DNA from: a virus
Direction: 5' to 3' (one strand)
IMG/VR virus record: IMGVR_UViG_3300003154_000682
Coordinates: 10,354 to 74,353 of that record
DNA length: 64,000 nucleotides
In this document: positions 22,301 through 29,492 of the stretch, piece after piece
How the letters are laid out: every line of letters begins with the position of its first letter
Numbering within the stretch: position 1 is the first letter of the stretch
Position numbers and translations under genes: made by a program
Notes under the pieces: generated by a model
What the model was told of the DNA's origin: nothing
The model's database searches: none
The model's input: the letters and a program-made list of their open reading frames with translations, nothing else

Positions 22301-22684
22301 ATGGCGGATCTTAAAAATAGTACAGCAGTTTATCTAATTCCAGGAATGTCAGCTAAATTTAAAGCTTTGGGTTCCTATATTAGTCCCAAAGCTACTGCGA
22401 AGTTTCCAGATGATAATGGGCAATTTGTTGAATTGCCCTTAGTTCAAGGATTTGCAGTTTTACATCCAGATGTAGGAACTATAGAAGAAATTCCAGGTGA
22501 ACCAGCTGTAAAATATACACATAAAAAATTTAGTATGAATAAAATTTATTTTTTGTCTAGAACAGGTGAAAAAGGACTAGCAGATGTAGTATCTGTTCCT
22601 ATTCATGATCATAGTTCTATCGTTACTGGTGGACCTGCTTATGGTACATATTTCACTGATGATGAGACCTTAGGAGGAGTATAA
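22301..22684 (+). CDS. Hypothetical tail protein with C-terminal HxH motif (possible spike/tip, 127 aa)
   Basis: RBS AAGGAG; C-terminal PIHDHSSIVTGGPAYG. Confidence 0.6.
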   Translation: MADLKNSTAVYLIPGMSAKFKALGSYISPKATAKFPDDNGQFVELPLVQGFAVLHPDVGTIEEIPGEPAVKYTHKKFSMNKIYFLSRTGEKGLADVVSVPIHDHSSIVTGGPAYGTYFTDDETLGGV

Positions 22685-23268
22685 TGCCAAGTGCTTGTTG
22701 TTGTCAATTAGTAGGCAGTTTAAATTTAGGTATAGACGGAATAATTTCAGTAAGTACTAATAGTAGTTCTGAGGTAGCAGCGGTTTGTGGTGACGAACCA
22801 CTAGAGGGTCCTGTGACACATTCTGTAAGTTTATCTGGTTACGCTTCAAAGGAGATATGGACAGGTTGCCCTGGGAAAGCTGGAGTTAATATTCCTTATA
22901 TAAGAAAGTATGATTGTGTTAATAATATATTATATTTTATTTTTGCTGGACAGGGACAATCATTTATATCTGGAGACGTTGGTGGTTTTGCAAGTCTATA
23001 TAAAGCTTTTAGTTCTGTTACTTCTTTTTCAGCTAGTTCTTCTTCAGGACCTACCGGTGTTTACATGGAAACAGAACAAACCAATGGTTACGGATTGCAT
23101 TATAGTGGTGGTCCATTTAGTTTTAGTACTAATGAATTGGGCAGCCCTATAAGTTTAGGTAGTAAATTAGGAGGAGATCATTATCTACAGAGTTTTAGTT
23201 TTGATGCCCAACCAGGTCAAGTACCAATAGCATCATATACTTTTGTGGCTCCAATGCAGGGAGGTTAA
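22684..23268 (+). CDS. Hypothetical tail/baseplate protein (194 aa, Ser/Gly-rich)
   Basis: TAATG coupling to the previous gene; composition typical of structural proteins. Confidence 0.7.
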   Translation: MPSACCCQLVGSLNLGIDGIISVSTNSSSEVAAVCGDEPLEGPVTHSVSLSGYASKEIWTGCPGKAGVNIPYIRKYDCVNNILYFIFAGQGQSFISGDVGGFASLYKAFSSVTSFSASSSSGPTGVYMETEQTNGYGLHYSGGPFSFSTNELGSPISLGSKLGGDHYLQSFSFDAQPGQVPIASYTFVAPMQGG

Positions 23269-23272
23269 TTAT

Positions 23273-23551
23273 ATGGCTGAAATATCATATACAGGAAGAC
23301 AATATAGATTACGGGCTGGTAGTCCTATGCCAATAAATGGTGGGTTTTTATTACACACCTTTATGGCAGAAGTTAATGATGTAACTATGTTTGCGTGTAC
23401 GCAATCATTACCAGGAAGCAATGAATTTAGAGGACAGGGAGGTAAAATGATGTCTGCCAGTTTCTCAAGACTTGGATCTAGAGGTGGAGACGTGTTTAGT
23501 GGTAAAATAGTATATGCACCAACTTATGTGGAGGAAGAGGATACTAACTAA
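23273..23551 (+). CDS. Hypothetical protein (92 aa; start moved from TTG 23243 to ATG 23273)
   Basis: GGAGG at 23260-23264 lies 8 nt before ATG 23273, and this start avoids overlap with the upstream gene. Confidence 0.7.
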   Translation: MAEISYTGRQYRLRAGSPMPINGGFLLHTFMAEVNDVTMFACTQSLPGSNEFRGQGGKMMSASFSRLGSRGGDVFSGKIVYAPTYVEEEDTN

Positions 23552-23781
23552 TGGCAGAATTTATAGATTGTACATCTTTGAATATTAGTTATAATGTTAT
23601 GGGTATAGCCACAGTGTCTTATACAGTGGTACACAATAGTGCTCAATTTGTTACATACAACTCGATTTCTGCCGGAGGTCAAACTTTTACGGGTTATGTT
23701 GTGAATGCTAGCGTGGATCAAATTATGAACACTTCAGGGTGGTTTGAAACACATGTTACATTAATAGCAACTACTAATTAA
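23551..23781 (+). CDS. Hypothetical small beta-rich tail protein (76 aa)
   Basis: TAATG coupling; SLNISYNVMGIATVSYTV. Confidence 0.7.
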   Translation: MAEFIDCTSLNISYNVMGIATVSYTVVHNSAQFVTYNSISAGGQTFTGYVVNASVDQIMNTSGWFETHVTLIATTN

Positions 23782-23796
23782 TAGGGGAGGAATATA

Positions 23797-24030
23797 ATGG
23801 CGTGTGGAGGATGTCAAAAAAGAAGGGAAGCCCAATCCGCTCAAGTTACAGCTAATAGACAGGCTAGAGAAGAGCAAGATTTGATGGGGGGCTACGCTAA
23901 TCTTACTGATAGGCAAATAAAGGCTAGACTAGAAGTTTATAAAAGGCGGTATTGTGCTACTTGTATCAAAAGATATGAGTGTGATTACACAATATACATA
24001 GAATGCAAAAAAAATGAAAACATTAAGTAA
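23797..24030 (+). CDS. Small Cys-rich, probably Zn-binding protein (77 aa)
   Basis: RBS GGAGG; CGGC at the N-terminus and CATC-x5-C-x7-C at the C-terminus. Confidence 0.75.
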   Translation: MACGGCQKRREAQSAQVTANRQAREEQDLMGGYANLTDRQIKARLEVYKRRYCATCIKRYECDYTIYIECKKNENIK

Positions 24031-24068
24031 CCTATCGTTAATTAGAACTACTAAAGGAGGAATTAAAT

Positions 24069-24683
24069 ATGGGAGTTATTATAGGATCAGGTACTACCAT
24101 TACGGGATTTAATCATGCTGTTTCTGCTAACTGGGGTGCTTCTACCAATACTCAAAGACTTTTTGTATTGGGTTCTACAGACGCATACATGACTATAAAA
24201 AAACCAACTGCTACTTTTAGTGTGACTGTGTATTCTACTGGACCAGCTATTCCGGTAGGGCAAAGTTCTGGTTGTAGTGCTGCTTCCACTAAAAATGCTG
24301 GAGTTTCCGCATCCCCCTGTGGAACTTGTGGAGGATCCTCAAGTGTAGATGGTGATTGGTATGTAACTAGTTATAGTTTTTCTAAAGAAAGCTCTATGCC
24401 AGGACAAGAATCTTTCTCCATGATGAAATATATTGAAGCTACAGGGGCTACGATGCCAAATGTAGTGATCAGAGGTATTGCTGAAGGTTCTTGGACACCA
24501 GATTCTGGGGTAGCAGGAACCGCAGATGGTTCAGCAGAGTCTGGAAGTGTTTCTGCCGGAGGTCTTGGAAGAGCTGATTCAATGTCTGTAGGTGTAGTTA
24601 CCTCTGTAGGTGGGGCTACTGCAGGAATAGCTGATACTGGACAAGCCAGTGTCTCAATACCTTATACACCTATTTATTGTTAA
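24069..24683 (+). CDS. Hypothetical tail protein (204 aa, Ser/Gly/Ala/Thr-rich)
   Basis: RBS AAGGAGG; structural composition. Confidence 0.75.
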   Translation: MGVIIGSGTTITGFNHAVSANWGASTNTQRLFVLGSTDAYMTIKKPTATFSVTVYSTGPAIPVGQSSGCSAASTKNAGVSASPCGTCGGSSSVDGDWYVTSYSFSKESSMPGQESFSMMKYIEATGATMPNVVIRGIAEGSWTPDSGVAGTADGSAESGSVSAGGLGRADSMSVGVVTSVGGATAGIADTGQASVSIPYTPIYC

Positions 24684-24706
24684 ACTATTAATGGAGAATA
24701 TTTTAT

Positions 24707-25147
24707 ATGGATATATTTAAGGAATTTATGTTATCGGAAAGATTTAGATTAGAACTAAGATGGAAAAAAGCAGTTTACGAGATAGATGGAATTTGTAAAC
24801 TTACTGATGCTTATTTCTGTGGACCAGCTGTAAAGGAAATCTCTCAGTTAAATAGTAATGATAATATAGTATTGGATTTTTATCGTCAATATATATTTTT
24901 AGTAAAAAATGTATATTTAGCAAAGCTTTCGTGGGGAGAAGTAGTCTTCAATGGTAATAATACTATATCCCTTAAGGATGCAATTATTACACATGATACA
25001 GAATTGAATAGGGTGCCCAAATTAAATAGTAATGACTATTTAGTTATAGACACAGAAGATCATGAGGAATCCAAGCATGCGTTTTATTTAGTATATAAAA
25101 CATATGTTGTTAATGAAACTACTAATTTATATAAATTTGTGAAATAA
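24707..25147 (+). CDS. Hypothetical protein (146 aa)
   Basis: RBS GGAG; intact ORF in the operon. Confidence 0.7.
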   Translation: MDIFKEFMLSERFRLELRWKKAVYEIDGICKLTDAYFCGPAVKEISQLNSNDNIVLDFYRQYIFLVKNVYLAKLSWGEVVFNGNNTISLKDAIITHDTELNRVPKLNSNDYLVIDTEDHEESKHAFYLVYKTYVVNETTNLYKFVK

Positions 25148-25149
25148 CT

Positions 25150-25617
25150 ATGCCCAGAGATATATGCCCTATTTATAGAACTGATACGGTAGGAAATGCA
25201 TGGACTGATATAAGAACTGCTTTTGGTCCTAATCCTATAAATAGTCCAGAGAGGTATTTAACCGATATGTCAGAATGGACCTCATGGGCTATTTCTAATG
25301 GTGTTGATGTTTCCGATGCTAATAAATTTGGTAAATGGTTAATTTGGTTAATCATGTATGGAACAGTAAATTATGGGAATCTCCCTTCCAATAAAAAACA
25401 TGATCATGTTGGAAAATGCTGGTTTCCTTGTCCATTTGATTCCAATTGTTATAATGCTACAAGATCTAAAACTATATTGGGTTATACACCAACATCTTTA
25501 GTAGACCATGGTAATTTTTACATGAAAGCTGAATACCGTGGTTCGTGGGGAATGGAATGTACATATTCTGGATGTTCTTATTTAATAGAATATGGGCATC
25601 CTTATTTTTATATTTAA
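25150..25617 (+). CDS. Hypothetical Cys/Trp/Tyr-rich protein (155 aa)
   Basis: Intact ORF 2 nt after the previous stop; contains CWFPCPFDSNC and CTYSGC. Confidence 0.7.
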   Translation: MPRDICPIYRTDTVGNAWTDIRTAFGPNPINSPERYLTDMSEWTSWAISNGVDVSDANKFGKWLIWLIMYGTVNYGNLPSNKKHDHVGKCWFPCPFDSNCYNATRSKTILGYTPTSLVDHGNFYMKAEYRGSWGMECTYSGCSYLIEYGHPYFYI

Positions 25618-25681
25618 GGAAATATAGTTCTATAAGTTTTAGATAGTAATTAAAATAAATATATTTAGGGAGGAGAATGTA

Positions 25682-26641
25682 ATGGCGATTAATATCGATA
25701 CACAAGATCTTGTTAATTATCCCGGCAATGTAAAACGTGTCACTGTAGACCAAACATCTGTTGTACCACAAGGTTATGAGGGTGACGAACAATTTATGTT
25801 AAATTTTTCTACAACAGCTTATAGCGACAATGTTAATAGAACTAGAATTCAATCATCTTATGTTACTAGCTTCAAAGCTGGTTGGAGCAAAAGCTCCGGT
25901 TTTACAGGAACTAAATTTGCTTTGGATTCTACACATAATTCTATAGAAGTTAAGATAGACTCTACTACAAGTGGAATTAGTGGTGGCTATTATAGAATTG
26001 TACTAGAGCATAATAATGGCATACCTATTGATGCTGACGTTGTTGCTGAAGATATGGAAACTAAGCTCCGAGCTGTAGCAGATAGTTTAGGCACGGCTGA
26101 TGTAGGATTCAGGTTGGCTTATCTTAATTCAGTAGTACAATTTATTGGCTCTCGTTTTTGGATAGTTTCAGGATCTTTAAGTGCATACTATTCTGGAGCT
26201 AATAAATCAGCAGTTAGAGTAAGAGCATCCCAAGTTAATGACTGCTCTGAGCTTTTAGGATTTAATTTACCAACAGAAAGTGAAATTATAGATAGTATGT
26301 CTATAAAAGAAGCATTGGTACTAACTACCATCTCAGGAGCACTTACAGGTGCTCAGACAATTACGATTAGTCAAAATGTGGGTGCAGCAATAAATGATTG
26401 CATGCTTATAACCAATGGTACTGATACGGAATACTTTCAAGTTGATAATGTTGTAGATGGTATTTATATCACCCTTGATGCGACTGTGTTGACTAGTACC
26501 TATTTGGCATCTAAATCTAAAGTTCAATTATTGCGTTTGCAAGATCCAGATGCCGACCCATCCCTATGGTTTGATAATGTTGACAAAATTACAAGACACG
26601 GTATCAAAACTATGATAAATCAAATTGATTATAGTTCATAA
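25682..26641 (+). CDS. Putative tail structural protein (319 aa)
   Basis: RBS GGAGG. Shares a domain with the ORFs at 37261 and 45478 (IEVKID...VVAEDMETKLR...RFWIVSG...ELLGF). Confidence 0.7.
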   Translation: MAINIDTQDLVNYPGNVKRVTVDQTSVVPQGYEGDEQFMLNFSTTAYSDNVNRTRIQSSYVTSFKAGWSKSSGFTGTKFALDSTHNSIEVKIDSTTSGISGGYYRIVLEHNNGIPIDADVVAEDMETKLRAVADSLGTADVGFRLAYLNSVVQFIGSRFWIVSGSLSAYYSGANKSAVRVRASQVNDCSELLGFNLPTESEIIDSMSIKEALVLTTISGALTGAQTITISQNVGAAINDCMLITNGTDTEYFQVDNVVDGIYITLDATVLTSTYLASKSKVQLLRLQDPDADPSLWFDNVDKITRHGIKTMINQIDYSS

Positions 26642-26650
26642 GGTATTTAA

Positions 26651-27154
26651 GTGGCAGAATATCTTTTAAGAAATACTTTAAATCCAAATAAAGTTATTAA
26701 ATGTACTATAACCTTTAGACAGATTGTAAATAAGGGGGAAGATGGTGAACCAGTATGGTTGATAGAAATAGGAACTGTCGAACCACATAAAGATGGTGGT
26801 AAAATATCTCCTATATTTATACACTATACCTCATCTTCAAACTTGGATGCAGCTATAAAGAAAGCAACCGAAAGTATAGCTGAACAAGTGAATTGGGAAT
26901 CTTTAGTTCTAGATTTAAGACCCCCATTTGTTATTTATAGTTATCCAGAAGTAAATAGAGTAAACAGTGTTGGTATACACACCAATGTCATAATAGATAT
27001 ACAGGATATTTTACCAGCTGCAGGGATAGACCCGGATAGTATAGAAGTTATAATTAATGATATCGATGTTTCAGATGAGATATCTTTGGAGGGGGATCCT
27101 TATCAATATAGAATAAGGTGGGATCCTAAGGTGAGGGTTTACGATTATTACTAG
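26651..27154 (+). CDS. Tail protein with C-terminal Ig-like domain (167 aa, GTG start)
   Basis: PPFVIYSYP...IDIQD...GIDPDSIEVIIND resembles the Ig-like repeats at the end of ORF 29493 (APYLFNLSP...FEIMD..TGIDINSLECLLN). Confidence 0.7.
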   Translation: MAEYLLRNTLNPNKVIKCTITFRQIVNKGEDGEPVWLIEIGTVEPHKDGGKISPIFIHYTSSSNLDAAIKKATESIAEQVNWESLVLDLRPPFVIYSYPEVNRVNSVGIHTNVIIDIQDILPAAGIDPDSIEVIINDIDVSDEISLEGDPYQYRIRWDPKVRVYDYY

Positions 27155-27167
27155 GAGGAAAAGTTTT

Positions 27168-27596
27168 ATGGTAAAGGCAATAGATTTTTGGGAATATTTA
27201 TGTAATAAATTGAATTATAGATTTTTTTCAGGTATACCTTGTGTAGGTTTGGATCCACTATATAATAAAATGAATTCGGAATTCATGCATTATATACCAG
27301 CTGTTAGTATTCAGATAGCAATGGGTTTGACTAACGGAGCATTCTTAACAGGAGTTAAATCTGCTGTTTTATCAAGCACATCTCATATTTGTAAATTGGA
27401 TTTAGATTTTAATCTTAAAAACTCAATACCACTATTACTAATAGCATCTAGTAGAGAAAAACCTACTTTAAGGAAAGAGATTTATAGTTTAAATCTAACG
27501 GATAATTTGGAGGTATGTTTAGATAAAATATCTAAACACTTGGAAACCAAACTGAAACCTGGAGTTTTATTTATAGAAGAGGGGATGCTACAATGA
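27168..27596 (+). CDS. Sulfopyruvate/phosphonopyruvate decarboxylase alpha subunit-like (ComD-like, ThDP PYR domain), catalytically degenerate
   Basis: FFSGIPCVGLDPL...YIPAVSIQIAMGLTNGAFLTGVKSAVL...IPLLLIAS aligns with ComD (FICSVPCANLKNL...IPATREEEAFGICAGAYLAGKKTAIL...IPTLLIIS). The conserved Glu and the MQNSG motif are absent. Confidence 0.8.
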   Translation: MVKAIDFWEYLCNKLNYRFFSGIPCVGLDPLYNKMNSEFMHYIPAVSIQIAMGLTNGAFLTGVKSAVLSSTSHICKLDLDFNLKNSIPLLLIASSREKPTLRKEIYSLNLTDNLEVCLDKISKHLETKLKPGVLFIEEGMLQ

Positions 27597-28222
27597 AGCG
27601 TTATTCCGTAGTTAGAATTTTGAACGGGGCATTAGAAAAAGGAGATGTAGGAATATTTATTGGTGATGATGTATGTAGAGAAGTCTTTCCTTATCATAGA
27701 GAAGGCAATCTCTATTTACCTCACGACGAAGGTACTTTTAGTATGGGGTTGGGTATAGCAATGAACACTTTGAGAAGGGTGTTTATATTCTGTGATGACG
27801 CTTACTTTTTAAAAAATATGGGCGAAGTTCTTCATATCGCAGCTAGTAAATGTAGGAATATTTTCATAGTAGTTCTTGTTAGTGGCGTTTATTCTGGAAG
27901 TGCAAAACACCCCACAATATTTAAAAGTATACATTCTCCAGTAGGTATGCTTTTTAATATGGGGTTTATGGTTCATGATTACAAAAGACATTTTAAGAAT
28001 TCACGTAATCCAATAAAAGAAATAAGAGCTATCTGGCAAAAATCTAGAGGACCTCTTGCTATAATAGTAGAGGTTGAAAGTAGTACTAAAGTATTTCCTG
28101 ATGACTATACTAAAGAAGATAAATCGTTAGCTGATATTATGTGTTTTATACAGAATAAAGAAATTTCAGCTTATAATTATATTTCTCCAATACCTATGCA
28201 AGATCTCGAAGAGAAGGAGTAA
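27593..28222 (+). CDS. Sulfopyruvate/phosphonopyruvate decarboxylase beta subunit-like (ComE-like, ThDP PP domain), degenerate
   Basis: MKRYSVVRIL...FSMGLGIAMNTLRRVFIFCDDAYFLKNMGEV...RNIFIVVLVSGVYSGSAKHPT matches the ComE layout. GDG is replaced by DDA and DN by VS. ATGA overlap with the alpha gene. Confidence 0.8.
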   Translation: MKRYSVVRILNGALEKGDVGIFIGDDVCREVFPYHREGNLYLPHDEGTFSMGLGIAMNTLRRVFIFCDDAYFLKNMGEVLHIAASKCRNIFIVVLVSGVYSGSAKHPTIFKSIHSPVGMLFNMGFMVHDYKRHFKNSRNPIKEIRAIWQKSRGPLAIIVEVESSTKVFPDDYTKEDKSLADIMCFIQNKEISAYNYISPIPMQDLEEKE

Positions 28223-28226
28223 ATAA

Positions 28227-29483
28227 ATGGCTTACGAAAATATACGTTTACGAAAACCAAATGTTGTTATGGTGGATGGTTATTTCTGGATGATAGATGA
28301 GGATACTGATAGCTTAATAGTAAAAACGGATGATGGAACATTAGCTTACTCTTACCCATTAGATAATACTATAACACAAACTGTAAAATCTTTAGAATAT
28401 GATGGAAGAAATCTCTGGACATTGAGAGCCACCAATACAGATGAGGTAACTATAGACAGATGGTATATAAATAATTACGTGTGTGTTCGTAGAGATGCTT
28501 TTGTCTTTGTACCTGGATTATCACATAAATATAATGTGGATTCTTTTACAGTAGAACATTATCATACCACATTCTCTGCTAATGAGGAAGCTGGGCAGTC
28601 TATACTTAGTGTTATAGATGGTTCTAAGGTAGAAAGTGGTTATACTATAGTCTTAGGTCCAAATATTCTCGGACAGATAGAAGAACGCACAGTTAGTTCT
28701 GCGTCTGAAGGTTCCATACAGATAAATGGTTCTACTACATATGCTTATAATGCTGGTGATCCTATTTCCTTTTATAAAAGATTGTGGTTATTTAACAATT
28801 ATGATGGATTAGACAGCACTACTGGAGCCTTATATGCTATAGATGCTTACACTGGTTCTGTTATCACAAAATATTCTGGCGGGGCGTATAAAGATATTAA
28901 AGCATGTACTTTTTTTAATGTACCTAGATATGTGTTCAATAAGAATGTGCCAAAAAGTACTATAGACCCTAGATATAATGCTATTTGTTATATAAAAGGA
29001 ACCAACTTAATCTTTTTGAATCCTGACGATTTAAATAATAGTTATGGCTCGATGACTATGGATAATATAGAAGCAGATCAAGCCACAAATATTGTAGTTT
29101 ATGACTTGGCGATTGAAGGAACAAATGTATACAGATTACAAAGAAAAGCTACATATTATGGTGTTACGGCTCTATATGCAGATACAACATATAACTATCA
29201 ATTATCATCCCTAAATTCATTTATTACAAGTATAAGTCTTCGTGCTGACCCAGCCATTCTACCAGCTAATGGTGTGAATCCTGCCGCAATCACAGCTATT
29301 GTTAAAGACCAATTTAATCTACCAGTACAACAAAAACAAGTATTTTTTACAGATGACGATCCTAATGGTAGCATTTTATCATCACCAGTAAACACAGACG
29401 CAAATGGAGTAGCTCAGACCACTTATATAGCAGGTATTACTGCAAGAGAAGTACGAGTTACGGCTACGGCCCAACAAGGTTAA
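28227..29483 (+). CDS. Tail protein with C-terminal Big_1 (invasin/intimin-type Ig-like) domain (418 aa)
   Basis: SLRADPAILPANGVNPAAITAIVKDQFNLPVQQKQVFF...VNTDANGVAQTTY...VRVTATA; paralog of ORF 29493. Confidence 0.8.
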   Translation: MAYENIRLRKPNVVMVDGYFWMIDEDTDSLIVKTDDGTLAYSYPLDNTITQTVKSLEYDGRNLWTLRATNTDEVTIDRWYINNYVCVRRDAFVFVPGLSHKYNVDSFTVEHYHTTFSANEEAGQSILSVIDGSKVESGYTIVLGPNILGQIEERTVSSASEGSIQINGSTTYAYNAGDPISFYKRLWLFNNYDGLDSTTGALYAIDAYTGSVITKYSGGAYKDIKACTFFNVPRYVFNKNVPKSTIDPRYNAICYIKGTNLIFLNPDDLNNSYGSMTMDNIEADQATNIVVYDLAIEGTNVYRLQRKATYYGVTALYADTTYNYQLSSLNSFITSISLRADPAILPANGVNPAAITAIVKDQFNLPVQQKQVFFTDDDPNGSILSSPVNTDANGVAQTTYIAGITAREVRVTATAQQG

Positions 29484-29492
29484 TGGAGAACA

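Noticed and set aside
25623-25634. Inverted repeat TATAG-TT-CTATA as a terminator
   Set aside because: The stem is only 5 bp and AT-rich with a 2-nt loop, too weak. No convincing intrinsic terminator was seen in any intergenic gap.
27168-28222. Functional auxiliary metabolic gene for coenzyme M or phosphonate synthesis, and an archaeal host inferred from it
   Set aside because: The catalytic Glu and the GDG/NN cofactor motif are substituted, no pathway partners are in the window, and a sigma70-type promoter points to a bacterial host.
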